A DNA stretch of 64,000 nucleotides, taken from Sulfurospirillum sp. Lineage in GTDB: Bacteria; Campylobacterota; Campylobacteria; Campylobacterales; Sulfurospirillaceae. Made by a program: the position numbers and the translations under genes. This document shows, in pieces, positions 1 to 9,784 of this stretch. The first letter of the stretch is position 1. Every line of letters begins with the position of its first letter. The DNA is taken from assembly GCA_045047115.1 (NCBI GenBank), contig JASFYR010000014.1, forward strand, positions 1-64,000. Reading direction: 5' to 3'. The notes beneath the pieces are model-generated. The model saw nothing but the letters and a program-made list of their open reading frames with translations. It had not been told where the DNA came from and did not search any database.

Positions 1-63
1 AGCTCGTGCTTTAGTAGAGTGTGAATTGACAAGGAATTCACTTCCTTGTCAAGATGACAATAA
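1..63 (+). repeat. Dispersed structured intergenic element, copy 1 (5' part cut off by the window edge)
   Basis: AGCTCGTGCTTTAGT (1-15) is repeated at 85-99. GCTTTAGTAGAGTGTGAATT is shared with 1018-1037. Perfect 11-bp stem 26-36/42-52 with a 5-nt loop; tail GATGACAATAA. Confidence 0.8.
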
Positions 64-73
64 TAATAAATTA

Positions 74-147
74 CACAGAGCGTCAGCTCGTGCTTTAGTC
101 GCGAGGAATTTTTTAGGAGCTTTGCTCTTAAAAAAGGGGACAATAAG
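74..147 (+). repeat. Dispersed structured intergenic element, copy 2 (supplies the RBS of nfo)
   Basis: GAGC-GTCA-GCTC mini-hairpin, then stem TTTTTTAGGAGC-TTT-GCTCTTAAAAAA (109-135), then GGGGACAATAAG-ATG. Closely similar to the reverse complement of 52783-52855. Confidence 0.85.
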
Positions 148-993
148 ATGAAATATATAGGGGCGCATGTAAGTGCAAGCGGAGGAGTTTTTAATGCTCC
201 TTTGAATGCTATGAAGATTGGTGCAAAGGCTTTTGCACTATTTACAAAAAATCAAAGACAATGGGTGGCAAAACCACTTGATAGTGAGATAATATCAAAA
301 TTTAAGACTAATCTTAAACTCTCTAATATTGCTCCAAAGCATGTTTTGCCTCATGATAGTTACCTTATAAATCTAGGACATCCCGAAATTGAAAAAAGAG
401 AAAAATCCCTGGCCGCTTTTATAGATGAAATCAACAGATGCGATGAATTGGGATTAGATAAACTAAACTTTCATCCGGGCAGTCACTTAAACAAGATAAG
501 TGAAGAGAAGTGCCTTGAATTTATAAGTGAGTCCATGAATGAAGCGCTTAAAAAAACCAAAAATGTTAAACTTGTTATTGAAAATACAGCAGGTCAAGGA
601 AGTAACCTTGGTTACAAATTGGAACACTTGGGTTATTTGGTAAAAAACTCTGCAGACAGGCATAGAGTAGGGGTTTGCATAGATACTTGCCACTTTTTTA
701 CCTCCGGTTATGATATAAGAGATGAAAAAACTTATGATGAATCTATGAAAAAATTTGATACAATTGTAGGATTTGAGTTTTTAGCAGGTATGCATCTAAA
801 TGATTCTAAGCCGGATTTAGGCTCTCGCGTCGATAGACACGAGTCCATCGGAATTGGCAAAATTGGATTAGAGGCCTTCAGGTTAATCATGAATGACGAA
901 AGAATTAACGATATACCGATGATACTAGAAACGCCAAACAGTGATATATGGGCACAAGAGATTGAGCTTTTGTATTCATTGATAAAGAAATAG
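148..993 (+). CDS. nfo: Endonuclease IV (AP endonuclease)
   Basis: [43 protein letters not shown] and ILETP metal-binding motifs. Confidence 0.95.
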   Translation: MKYIGAHVSASGGVFNAPLNAMKIGAKAFALFTKNQRQWVAKPLDSEIISKFKTNLKLSNIAPKHVLPHDSYLINLGHPEIEKREKSLAAFIDEINRCDELGLDKLNFHPGSHLNKISEEKCLEFISESMNEALKKTKNVKLVIENTAGQGSNLGYKLEHLGYLVKNSADRHRVGVCIDTCHFFTSGYDIRDEKTYDESMKKFDTIVGFEFLAGMHLNDSKPDLGSRVDRHESIGIGKIGLEAFRLIMNDERINDIPMILETPNSDIWAQEIELLYSLIKK

Positions 994-1000
994 AGGATTT

Positions 1001-1073
1001 TTCTTGTCAAAGACAAAGCTTTAGTAGAGTGTGAATTTTATAGGAGATTTGCTTCTATAAAAGATGACAATAA
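1001..1073 (+). repeat. Dispersed structured intergenic element, copy 3
   Basis: GCTTTAGTAGAGTGTGAA (1018-1035), then an 11-bp stem TTTTATAGGAG/CTTCTATAAAA (1036-1062, 5-nt loop), then GATGACAATAA. Same geometry as copy 1 with a different stem sequence. Confidence 0.8.
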
Positions 1074-1090
1074 AATAAAAAAGGATAAAA

Positions 1091-2353
1091 ATGAGAAATT
1101 ATGCAAAAGCAGCAGGAGTGCTGAGTTTAAGTGTGGCAACACTGTTTGGAGCAGGATACAAGATACCAGAGCAGTCGCTAAATAGTACAGCCCTGAGTGC
1201 AGCTTATGTTGCAAATGCAAGAGGCGCAGATGCGAGTTATTATAACCCTGCAAATATGGCATTTAGCCCAAGCGGTTCAGATTTGGAAGCAGCATTTACT
1301 TATATAGGGCTTTCAAAGGTGAAATATACAGATACAACAGGTTTTACCAATGAATCAAAATCTGAACAATTTTTTGTTCCAACTTTTCATTATATGTCAC
1401 CCGAGTTTAATAATTGGAGGTTTGGTTTATCTCTTGTTGCTCCTGGAGGACTTTCAAAAAGATGGGAAGACTCTTATGCAAAATCAACTGCTCAAGAATT
1501 TACTCTTAAAATTTTTGAATTAAACCCAACTGCAAGTTATAAAATAAATGATAAATTTGCAATTGGCTTTGGTTTAAGAGCTGTTTACACTGATGGAAAA
1601 GTTAAGGCAGAAAATAAATATTCTGTACCAGGTGTTGAATTATATTCGCAAGATATGACAGGAGATTCTATAGATTTTGGTTATAATTTGGCATTAAGTT
1701 ATAGACCTGTTAAAAATTTAACCTTAGCCGCTACTTTCCGTTCAAAAGTAGATTTGACCATTTCAGGTAATGCAAAAGGAAATATCAATAAATATCTTTT
1801 AACTGGAAATACTGAAGATTTAGGAACTTTAATACCATATAATACTCATACTACTGTAACTATTCCACTGCCGGCAGCACTTAATTTGGCAGTAGCATAT
1901 ACAATGAATAAAACGACCGTGGAATTAGTGTATGAAAGGACTTACTGGTCAGCTTATAAAAATCTAGACTTTAATTTTAACAGTGCAATACCTGAAGCAG
2001 TACTTGGTCAAGTAAAACCAAAAAATTGGAAAGATACAAATACTTATAGAATTGGTGTGACACATCAGTATAATGAGAAGTTAAAACTTATGGCAGGATT
2101 TGCTTTAGATGAGTCTCCGGTACCAAGTAATACTCTGGGCTTTGAACTGCCTGACTCTGATGCAAAACTTTACTCAGCTGGTTTTGAATATAAAATAAAT
2201 GAGAAATTAAAGGTCGGCTTAGCATATCTTTATGATAGCAAAAAGAGTAGAACAGTCACAAATAGAGATGCAACCCATACAACTGCTCCAAATGGTACAT
2301 TTACAAATACATCAGCTAGTTTATTGACTGCTTCATTTAAATACAGGTTCTAA
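1091..2353 (+). CDS. fadL: FadL/OmpP1-family outer-membrane long-chain fatty acid transporter
   Basis: Signal peptide, YYNPA hatch motif, beta-strand pattern and C-terminal Phe; adjacent to an acyl-CoA ligase. Confidence 0.85.
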   Translation: MRNYAKAAGVLSLSVATLFGAGYKIPEQSLNSTALSAAYVANARGADASYYNPANMAFSPSGSDLEAAFTYIGLSKVKYTDTTGFTNESKSEQFFVPTFHYMSPEFNNWRFGLSLVAPGGLSKRWEDSYAKSTAQEFTLKIFELNPTASYKINDKFAIGFGLRAVYTDGKVKAENKYSVPGVELYSQDMTGDSIDFGYNLALSYRPVKNLTLAATFRSKVDLTISGNAKGNINKYLLTGNTEDLGTLIPYNTHTTVTIPLPAALNLAVAYTMNKTTVELVYERTYWSAYKNLDFNFNSAIPEAVLGQVKPKNWKDTNTYRIGVTHQYNEKLKLMAGFALDESPVPSNTLGFELPDSDAKLYSAGFEYKINEKLKVGLAYLYDSKKSRTVTNRDATHTTAPNGTFTNTSASLLTASFKYRF

Positions 2354-2354
2354 T

Positions 2355-3914
2355 ATGCTTGAGTATAAGTATCAAAATTTTTATGAGATAATTCAGAGTA
2401 ATGCCAGGAATTATTCTAAAAAAATTGCTATTTTTATGGATAATCGAAAGATATCCAATCAAAAACTCAAACAGGATATTGATACATTTGCCAGATTTTT
2501 AGAATTTAGCGGAATCAAAAAAGGGGACAAGGTTGCTATGATTATCGGCAACTCTGTTGAGTTCGTTGTTTCTTTTTTTGCCATTACCAAGATAGGAGCT
2601 GTTGCGGTTCCTGTCAATAACTTTTTGAAAAAAGGCGAGTTTGAGTATATACTAAACGATTGTGACGCTAAACTTTTGATTTGTGCACCGGAATTTGCCA
2701 AAGAGACCAAAAATTTAATTCAGACAACAAAAGTACAAAAGATAGTTTGGACTGAAGAGTATGACGAGTTAGATGAAAACAACTATAGTTTTACAGAGAT
2801 GGATGCAACTGCCCTGGGAGATGAGGAGCCAGAGAGTTTGCCAACACTTGATGATTTAGCCTGCATCATCTATACTTCAGGAACCACCGGTCATCCAAAG
2901 GGTGCGATGCTGAGCTTTAGAAATATCCTGTCAAACTCTATAGCAGCCGTAGATGTTTTTGGTGTAAAAAACAGTGATAGATTTGTAGTTTTTTTACCAA
3001 TGTTTCACTCTTTTACTCTCTCAACTTCTGTTTTATTGCCACTGTTTGCAGGTGCATCCATGGTTGTAGTAAAGTCTGTATTTCCTTTTGCAAATGTCTT
3101 GAAACAGGTGCTTTTGAAGAGAGTTACAGTCTTTTTAGGTGTCCCAACACTCTATAATGCACTTCTAAAAGCCAAGATCCCTTGGTATTTTATGTCTTTT
3201 CATAAAGTCAGACTTTTTATCTCCGGAGGTGCCGCTCTTAGCGAAGCCTCTTTAAATGAGTTTAATAAAAGATTTAAAAGATCGACCCTCATAGAAGGAT
3301 ATGGTCTTAGCGAGTGTTCGCCGGTTGTGGCAGCAAATACTCTTTATAGGCAAAAACCTCTCTCTGTCGGACCTGCATTTCCAGGCTGTGAAGTCAAAAT
3401 TGTAAACGAAGAGATGGTAGAGTTGCCTACAGGTGATATAGGCGAGATTATCGTCAAAGGCGACAATGTCATGCAAGGTTATCTGAATCACCCTGATGCT
3501 ACGGATGAGACTATTATGAACGGATGGCTTAAAACCGGCGATTTGGGTAAGGTAGATGATGAGGGTTTTATCTATATAGTTGATAGAAAAAAAGATTTGA
3601 TTATTTCCAAAGGTATAAATATATATCCAAGAGAGATAGAGGAGTGGCTTGCCAAATTTGAAGGTATAGACAGTGCTGCAGTGGTTGGTATAAAAAATGA
3701 TGCCAACGATGAAGATGTTGTAGCTTTTATACAACCCAAAGAAGATGTAAAACTAAACGAGATGGAGATAAAAAAATATCTCAAATCTCATCTCGCAAAT
3801 TTTAAATTACCAAAAAATATCTATCTTGTAGAAGAGTTGCCAAAAAATGCAACCGGAAAAGTTTTGAAAAGAGTCCTGAAAGAGCAGATAGTAAAAGGAG
3901 ATTTTGTAAAATAG
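2355..3914 (+). CDS. fadD: Long-chain fatty acid--CoA ligase (AMP-binding family)
   Basis: YTSGTTGHPKG, GYGLSE, TGDLG, DRKKD and PKNATGK adenylation motifs. Confidence 0.85.
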   Translation: MLEYKYQNFYEIIQSNARNYSKKIAIFMDNRKISNQKLKQDIDTFARFLEFSGIKKGDKVAMIIGNSVEFVVSFFAITKIGAVAVPVNNFLKKGEFEYILNDCDAKLLICAPEFAKETKNLIQTTKVQKIVWTEEYDELDENNYSFTEMDATALGDEEPESLPTLDDLACIIYTSGTTGHPKGAMLSFRNILSNSIAAVDVFGVKNSDRFVVFLPMFHSFTLSTSVLLPLFAGASMVVVKSVFPFANVLKQVLLKRVTVFLGVPTLYNALLKAKIPWYFMSFHKVRLFISGGAALSEASLNEFNKRFKRSTLIEGYGLSECSPVVAANTLYRQKPLSVGPAFPGCEVKIVNEEMVELPTGDIGEIIVKGDNVMQGYLNHPDATDETIMNGWLKTGDLGKVDDEGFIYIVDRKKDLIISKGINIYPREIEEWLAKFEGIDSAAVVGIKNDANDEDVVAFIQPKEDVKLNEMEIKKYLKSHLANFKLPKNIYLVEELPKNATGKVLKRVLKEQIVKGDFVK

Positions 3915-5647
3915 TGATAACATACCTTATAGATTTTTTAGAAAATAAAGAGATAGAAAAAACCAAAGTTTTTGAGTACCTTAAATGCTCAATTGATGAA
4001 GCAAAAATGCTTAGATATTTGAGCAAACAGTATGTGCAGGGCTCGATAGAGGTTTTAGTAGTAGATATCTTGAAAGATAATTTTGATGAAAAAGGATATA
4101 AGTATCTTGATTATCTTCCACTTGTAAGAAATCTGATGGAGCAAGGATGGATAACTCAGGAAAACCTTTTAAATGTAAATTCTGCCGAAGTTTCAAATCT
4201 TGAACTTTTAAACAGTACGATCATGATAAGCTCCTCTTTTTTAAAGATATTAGAAGAGGGAACACTGGAACTCTCTTTGCCGGAAATTACACCATATTTA
4301 GATCACCTCGAGTATCTAAAAGACCAATTTTCCAGGATAGATTTATATAAAAAACTGGCCCATATAAGGCAGAGTGTTGCTCGAAATTCACCAAGTATCA
4401 GTAGACTAAAAAATAGACTCCAAGAGCTTGAATCCAGGATAATGGAGCGAATGAAAGTTACTAAAGACGATATGGTGGTTGATACAATTTTCCAGGAAAA
4501 TGAGCTAAATTCAAAAGAACAGTTGATATTTTTAGCTCTGTTAAAAGAGGAATATGCAAGTGAATTTGAGAGCCTGAGAGATATGAATACTCTTATCAAT
4601 CTAGTTAGCCTCGATGATTATGAAAAGATGAAAAACAGATCTCTTTTAGAGGAGGGTTCAAAGCTTATAGAATCTCTCCTGATAGACTATGATGAGATGT
4701 TTAGCAGTTTTGGAGGAGTGAGCCGCAGTTTTTTTATAAGTGAAGAGATTTTGCAAAAGATTATGCACCCGAACAAAGAGAAAAAAAATAAAAAAATAAA
4801 ACTGGATATGCTCATAGGCGAACAAGATCTCTTTGAGTTGATAGATCCGACTACAACGATGGACGATGTTGTGCTACATCCAAAAACAAGAGAAGTTTTA
4901 AACTTTTTACTTAAACAAGTAGATGCAAGCGTGCTTAAACTCTTAAGAGAGTGGGGCATAAAAAGCAGAAGAAGCGGAATCGATGCAAAAGTGATCTTTT
5001 ACGGACCGCCTGGCACGGGCAAAACTATGACTGCAGTTAGTCTGGCAAAGACGATGAGAAAGAGAGTTTTGAGTTTTGACTGTTCAAAGATACTCTCCAA
5101 ATATATAGGAGAGAGCGAAAAAAATGTAAGAAATATATTTGATTCATATAAAGATTTATGCCAAAAAACCAAGAGCAAACCACTTCTTTTGCTAAATGAA
5201 GCGGATCAGTTTTTAAGTTCCCGTTCAGTTGGGGTTAACTCCAGTGCAGATAAAATGCACAATCAGATGCAAAATATCTTCTTGGAACAGATAGAGAAAT
5301 TTGATGGTATTTTAATTGCTACCACAAATCTGCTAGAGAGTATAGATCCGGCTTTTTCAAGAAGATTTGACTACAAAATAGAATTTACTAAGCCTGATTT
5401 TAGGCAAAGATTGGAACTTTGGAGAAAGATGTTACCGGAAAATGCGCTCTACAGTGAAGATTTTGATATAAAATCTCTTGCAAAATTTCCATTGAGTGGT
5501 GGACAGATGAATGTTGTTTTAAAAAACACAGCACTAGGAGTTGCTATAAAAGAGGAGCCTATTTTTACCTTGGAGGATTTCGAAAATAGTATAAAAAGAG
5601 AGATTCAAGGTGCATTCGGTGAAGAGAAATCAATGGGCTTTATGTAA
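3914..5647 (+). CDS. AAA+ family ATPase
   Basis: Walker A GPPGTGKT, SKYIGESEKN pore loop, variant Walker B LLLLNEAD, ATTN sensor, DPAFSRRFD. Confidence 0.85.
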   Translation: MITYLIDFLENKEIEKTKVFEYLKCSIDEAKMLRYLSKQYVQGSIEVLVVDILKDNFDEKGYKYLDYLPLVRNLMEQGWITQENLLNVNSAEVSNLELLNSTIMISSSFLKILEEGTLELSLPEITPYLDHLEYLKDQFSRIDLYKKLAHIRQSVARNSPSISRLKNRLQELESRIMERMKVTKDDMVVDTIFQENELNSKEQLIFLALLKEEYASEFESLRDMNTLINLVSLDDYEKMKNRSLLEEGSKLIESLLIDYDEMFSSFGGVSRSFFISEEILQKIMHPNKEKKNKKIKLDMLIGEQDLFELIDPTTTMDDVVLHPKTREVLNFLLKQVDASVLKLLREWGIKSRRSGIDAKVIFYGPPGTGKTMTAVSLAKTMRKRVLSFDCSKILSKYIGESEKNVRNIFDSYKDLCQKTKSKPLLLLNEADQFLSSRSVGVNSSADKMHNQMQNIFLEQIEKFDGILIATTNLLESIDPAFSRRFDYKIEFTKPDFRQRLELWRKMLPENALYSEDFDIKSLAKFPLSGGQMNVVLKNTALGVAIKEEPIFTLEDFENSIKREIQGAFGEEKSMGFM

Positions 5648-5797
5648 GGTTAGCTAATAATAAATTTTTATACAAATACCATTCTCTAAGGAAGTTTAAA
5701 AGATATTTTTTATATCATACCGAGATATGATATTTAATCATCAATTAAAAGATATATATAGTTTAATTATTTAAAAAAATTTTAAGAAGGATTTTCC

Positions 5798-6196
5798 ATG
5801 ACACCATTGTCACATATGGATTTTAGTCACCCATATTTTGGTGCTTTCTTTTTACTGGTTTTTGCATCGGTTGCTTTTTATGTAGTAACAGTTCTTGCAA
5901 GAGTGGTTAGTAGAAAGATGGCAAGATTAGATAGTGAGAAGCTCAAGCTCACCATTTATGAGTGTGGACCTGAAGTTACTAAGCAACCAAATAAAATATC
6001 CGCACAATTTTATCTTTTTGCTCTTTTGTTTATACTGTTTGATGTGGAGATTATCTTTATGTTTCCGTGGGCAGTTGACTTTAAAGTTCTTGGTTGGTTT
6101 GGTTTTACAGAGATGATATTGTTTATAGTTTTGCTGACTATAGGCTTTGTATATGCCTGGAAAAAAGGAGCGCTTGAATGGCACAGCATAAAATAA
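5798..6196 (+). CDS. nuoA: NADH-quinone oxidoreductase subunit A
   Basis: YECG and FDVE motifs, 3 TM helices, first gene of the nuo operon. Confidence 0.95.
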   Translation: MTPLSHMDFSHPYFGAFFLLVFASVAFYVVTVLARVVSRKMARLDSEKLKLTIYECGPEVTKQPNKISAQFYLFALLFILFDVEIIFMFPWAVDFKVLGWFGFTEMILFIVLLTIGFVYAWKKGALEWHSIK

Positions 6197-6687
6197 ATTA
6201 TCTAAGTGAGGCGGGACTTCCCGTAGCTCTTACAACAGTTGATAAACTGGTTCAATGGGGCAGAAGCAACTCTTTATGGCCTATGACTTATGGTTTGGCA
6301 TGTTGTGCTATCGAGATGATGGCAACAGGTGCGAGTAGATATGACTTTGATAGATTTGGAACTATATTTAGAGCGAGTCCAAGACAATCGGATGTTTTGA
6401 TTATTGCAGGAACACTCACGAAAAAACATTCTCCTTTTATGAGACGACTTTATGATCAAATGACAGAGCCAAAGTGGGTAATCAGTATGGGAAGTTGTGC
6501 AAACACAGGCGGTATGTTCAACACTTACGCCACAGTCCAGGGAGCAGACAGGATTATCCCGGTTGATATATACCTGCCGGGTTGTGCACCAAGACCGGAG
6601 ACTCTACAATACGCATTGATGCTTTTGCAAAAGAAAGTAAGAACAGAGAAAGCCTCAAGAAAATTAAAACCCAAAAGGTTGGTATGA
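6178..6687 (+). CDS. nuoB: NADH-quinone oxidoreductase subunit B
   Basis: [15 protein letters not shown] and [11 protein letters not shown]2-cluster motifs. Confidence 0.97.
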   Translation: MAQHKINYLSEAGLPVALTTVDKLVQWGRSNSLWPMTYGLACCAIEMMATGASRYDFDRFGTIFRASPRQSDVLIIAGTLTKKHSPFMRRLYDQMTEPKWVISMGSCANTGGMFNTYATVQGADRIIPVDIYLPGCAPRPETLQYALMLLQKKVRTEKASRKLKPKRLV

Positions 6688-7484
6688 TGAGGAAATATAT
6701 TGAAAAGAAAAATGTACAGAAAAAACCATACTATACAGATAGATTTTGGGTAGCTCCTCAGATTCCGAAAGATGATGTGAATAGTGATGAGATTTTTACT
6801 AAAGATCTAGAAGAGTTAAAGGCAAATTTTGACATTAAAGAGGCATATATCCAAAGAGGGCAATTGGTTGTATATATAAGCGCAAATGAAAATGTAGAAG
6901 TTTTAACTTTTTTGAAACATAAATTAGAGTATAACTTTTTAAATGAGCTGAGTGCAATTGATTGGTTGGAAAAAAGAGGAGAGTTTGAGATATTTTATCA
7001 AATGCTCTCTACTTCAAAACGAAAACGAATGAGAGTCAAATTTTTTATAAAAGAAAAGAGAGAGATAAGAACAGTTTCAAATATATATAAGAGTGCTGAT
7101 TGGGCGGAGAGAGAGATGTATGATATGTTTGGTGTTATTATTACCGGACATCACTACATGAAAAGAATTCTTATGCCTGAGGATTGGTATGATCATCCTT
7201 TAAAGAAATCATATCCGCTTCACGGTGATGAAGAGGCGAGCTGGTATGAGATAGATAAGATTTTCGGAAAAGAGTACAGAGATATAATAGGACCTGAAAA
7301 CAGAGACAGCTCAAGAGTTGATGAGAGCGATACATATAATTTTGCAAGAATTCACCATGAAGTTCCGTTTGGTGAAAAACCTTCAAAAGAGATTGTCCAT
7401 ACTGACTATCAGGAAGAGGACGGTGTTTTCTTAGTCAAAAGCTTGAAAAAAAGTGAAAGTAAAATCTTGAAAGAGAGACCATAA
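6684..7484 (+). CDS. nuoC: NADH-quinone oxidoreductase subunit C
   Basis: [13 protein letters not shown] and HPLKKSYPL; start taken at ATG 6684, overlapping the nuoB stop. Confidence 0.93.
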   Translation: MMRKYIEKKNVQKKPYYTDRFWVAPQIPKDDVNSDEIFTKDLEELKANFDIKEAYIQRGQLVVYISANENVEVLTFLKHKLEYNFLNELSAIDWLEKRGEFEIFYQMLSTSKRKRMRVKFFIKEKREIRTVSNIYKSADWAEREMYDMFGVIITGHHYMKRILMPEDWYDHPLKKSYPLHGDEEASWYEIDKIFGKEYRDIIGPENRDSSRVDESDTYNFARIHHEVPFGEKPSKEIVHTDYQEEDGVFLVKSLKKSESKILKERP

Positions 7485-7485
7485 T

Positions 7486-8712
7486 ATGCAAAAGGTAAAT
7501 AGACTACAGCCATTTTTTGAAAATCTTGTTTTTGAGAGAGATGATGACACCATGATCATCAACTTTGGCCCGCAACATCCAAGTTCACACGGACAGTTGC
7601 GTCTTATTTTAGAGCTTGATGGAGAGATGGTTACAAAGGCAACTCCTGACATTGGTTATCTTCATCGCGGCATGGAAAAGATGGCGGAAAATATGATATA
7701 TAATGAATTTCTTCCTACAACTGATAGAATGGATTATATTGCAGCCACTGCAAATAATTACGGTTTTGCCCATGCGGTTGAAGAGTTGATAGGACTTGAG
7801 ATACCAAGACGGGCTCAAACTATCAGAATGATGCTTTTAGAGTTAAATCGTATAATCTCACACCTTTTTTGGTTAGCCACACATGCACTTGATGTTGGCG
7901 CAATGACTATCTTTTTGTATGCTTTTAGAGAAAGAGAGTATGCGATGGATTTGATGGAGGATTATTGTGGTGCCAGACTTACTCATTCATCTGTAAGAAT
8001 TGGTGGAGTTCCTCTTGATTTGCCTGAAAACTGGATAACAAAACTTAGTAAATTTATAGATAAGCTCCCCGGCGATATAGCTGATTATGAGGGTTTGCTT
8101 GATCAAAACAGAATTTGGAAAATGAGGCTAGAAGGTGTTGGGATAATCACGCCTGAAATGGCACAAACCTGGGGCTGTAGCGGACCATCTCTAAGAGGAA
8201 GCGGGATAGCATGGGATATAAGAAAAGAGGAGCCGTATGAGCTTTATGATGAAGTTGAATTTGATGTTCCAATTAGCACTACATGTGACAGTTACGGAAG
8301 GTATAAGCTTCATATGGAAGAGATGAGACAGAGTATAAAAATCATAAGACAAGTCATAGCGATGTATTATAAAACAGAGCCGGAGATTATGGCTCACGCT
8401 CCGCAATTTGTATCAGCTCCAAAAGAGCAGATTATGACTCAAAATTACTCTTTGATGCAACACTTTGTGTTAGTAACTCAAGGTATGAGACCGCCTGTTG
8501 GTGAGGTTTATGTTCCGACTGAGTCTCCAAAGGGTGAACTCGGTTTTTATATAAATTCTCAAGGCGGAGCATATCCGTATAGATTAAAATTAAGGGCACC
8601 TAGTTTTTGGCACACGAGTATTTTACAAGAGTTGCTTCCTGGACACTATTTGGCTGATGTTGTCACAATCATCGGAAATCTAAATATAGTCTTTGGCGAA
8701 ATAGATAGGTAG
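7486..8712 (+). CDS. nuoD: NADH-quinone oxidoreductase subunit D
   Basis: [28 protein letters not shown] and C-terminal GEIDR. Confidence 0.97.
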   Translation: MQKVNRLQPFFENLVFERDDDTMIINFGPQHPSSHGQLRLILELDGEMVTKATPDIGYLHRGMEKMAENMIYNEFLPTTDRMDYIAATANNYGFAHAVEELIGLEIPRRAQTIRMMLLELNRIISHLFWLATHALDVGAMTIFLYAFREREYAMDLMEDYCGARLTHSSVRIGGVPLDLPENWITKLSKFIDKLPGDIADYEGLLDQNRIWKMRLEGVGIITPEMAQTWGCSGPSLRGSGIAWDIRKEEPYELYDEVEFDVPISTTCDSYGRYKLHMEEMRQSIKIIRQVIAMYYKTEPEIMAHAPQFVSAPKEQIMTQNYSLMQHFVLVTQGMRPPVGEVYVPTESPKGELGFYINSQGGAYPYRLKLRAPSFWHTSILQELLPGHYLADVVTIIGNLNIVFGEIDR

Positions 8713-8720
8713 GAGAAAAA

Positions 8721-8960
8721 ATGCAAAGATATGATTTAAGACATTTGGGTGACAGTTTTTATGATCGAATGTTAGAGATAATGAGTAAAACAAAAGAGGA
8801 TGAAGTGAGTATCTTTATGTTTGAGATTGGTGATTTTTCTGCGATTCAAAAGAGTGCCGATGTGATAAAAAATGCAGGTTATGAGTTGATGAACTCCCTT
8901 AAATACAATGAAGTTGATTGGACTGTAGTTGTTAAAAAAAGTGTGGGAGATAAATCTTGA
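8721..8960 (+). CDS. Campylobacterota short NuoE-position subunit (NuoX-like, no FeS cysteines)
   Basis: 79 aa at the nuoE position, RYDLRHL start, no Cys. Confidence 0.8.
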   Translation: MQRYDLRHLGDSFYDRMLEIMSKTKEDEVSIFMFEIGDFSAIQKSADVIKNAGYELMNSLKYNEVDWTVVVKKSVGDKS

Positions 8961-9784
8961 AAGAGGAGTTTCTCTCGCTTATAAACAGTGAAAACGGGGA
9001 TACCTTTACGCAGAGTTTGGATAGCGATTTTATGCTCATCATGGGCTTTATGCCTTCTCGTGAGGAAAAATTACTCAAGAGTTTAACTTCAGACAAAAAT
9101 ATCGTGTATCTGAGTGTTATAGAAGACAAAGAGATGGCAAATATATCAAAATTGCAGAGTAGATATGAAGCTGGAAGTGAAGAGGGAGTTTTGGCGATTT
9201 TGGCAAAAGAGTTATTTTTGGATAAAAATATAGATAAAAATACCCAAAAGTTTTTTAAAAATCTTGATGATGGCTATATAAGTGCAGAGTCAAATATTGG
9301 CGAAGAGGAGCTTGAGGAGATAAGGGAGCTTTATATAAGTGCAAAAAAACCTCTGTTTGTTTTAGGAAATGATTTTTATACTCATCCCAGAAAGAGAAAT
9401 ATAGCCAAGATTATCAATCTTTTTACCAAATATGGAAATTTTAAGATTTATAATGAATCTGACATTGAAAGCATAAAGCCGGATGAAGATACTTATGTTT
9501 TGCAAGATGTTGCGGAATTGGAGAGTTTCGATGGCTCTGTCGTGTATGCTTGCCCTCTGATAAACAGGGACGAAGAGGAGCAATTGATAGGCTCTGCCCA
9601 GTTTATGCTTGCCGCAAAGCTTCAAGATGGAGATGAGGTTTTTGTTATAACGGAAAATGCAGAATATCAGAGAAAATTTGTTTTAGATAGAGAGTTAAAG
9701 GGCACCGTTGCACTGCTTCCTAGTGCAAATGGTGATGAGTCGTATTACTATAAAATAGCAAAAATTATTAAGCGAGAAAGTTAA
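8957..9784 (+). CDS. Campylobacterota NuoF-position subunit (NuoY-like, no NADH/FMN motifs)
   Basis: 275 aa between the NuoX-like gene and nuoG; YEAGSEEGVLA and ISAESNIGEEE motifs; lacks NuoF signatures. Confidence 0.75.
   Translation: MKEEFLSLINSENGDTFTQSLDSDFMLIMGFMPSREEKLLKSLTSDKNIVYLSVIEDKEMANISKLQSRYEAGSEEGVLAILAKELFLDKNIDKNTQKFFKNLDDGYISAESNIGEEELEEIRELYISAKKPLFVLGNDFYTHPRKRNIAKIINLFTKYGNFKIYNESDIESIKPDEDTYVLQDVAELESFDGSVVYACPLINRDEEEQLIGSAQFMLAAKLQDGDEVFVITENAEYQRKFVLDRELKGTVALLPSANGDESYYYKIAKIIKRES

Noticed and set aside
1..147. Tandem AGCTCGTGCTTTAGT repeats as a CRISPR array
   Set aside because: Only two adjacent units, the intervening sequences are themselves homologous and structured, further copies are dispersed, and no cas genes are visible
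3914..5647. AAA ATPase as an anti-phage defence component
   Set aside because: Coupled to fadD in a core-looking region with normal composition and no partner nuclease or protease gene
5712..5733. ATATCATA-N6-TATGATAT palindrome upstream of nuoA
   Set aside because: Almost all A/T in an AT-rich intergenic region and no second copy seen; could be chance
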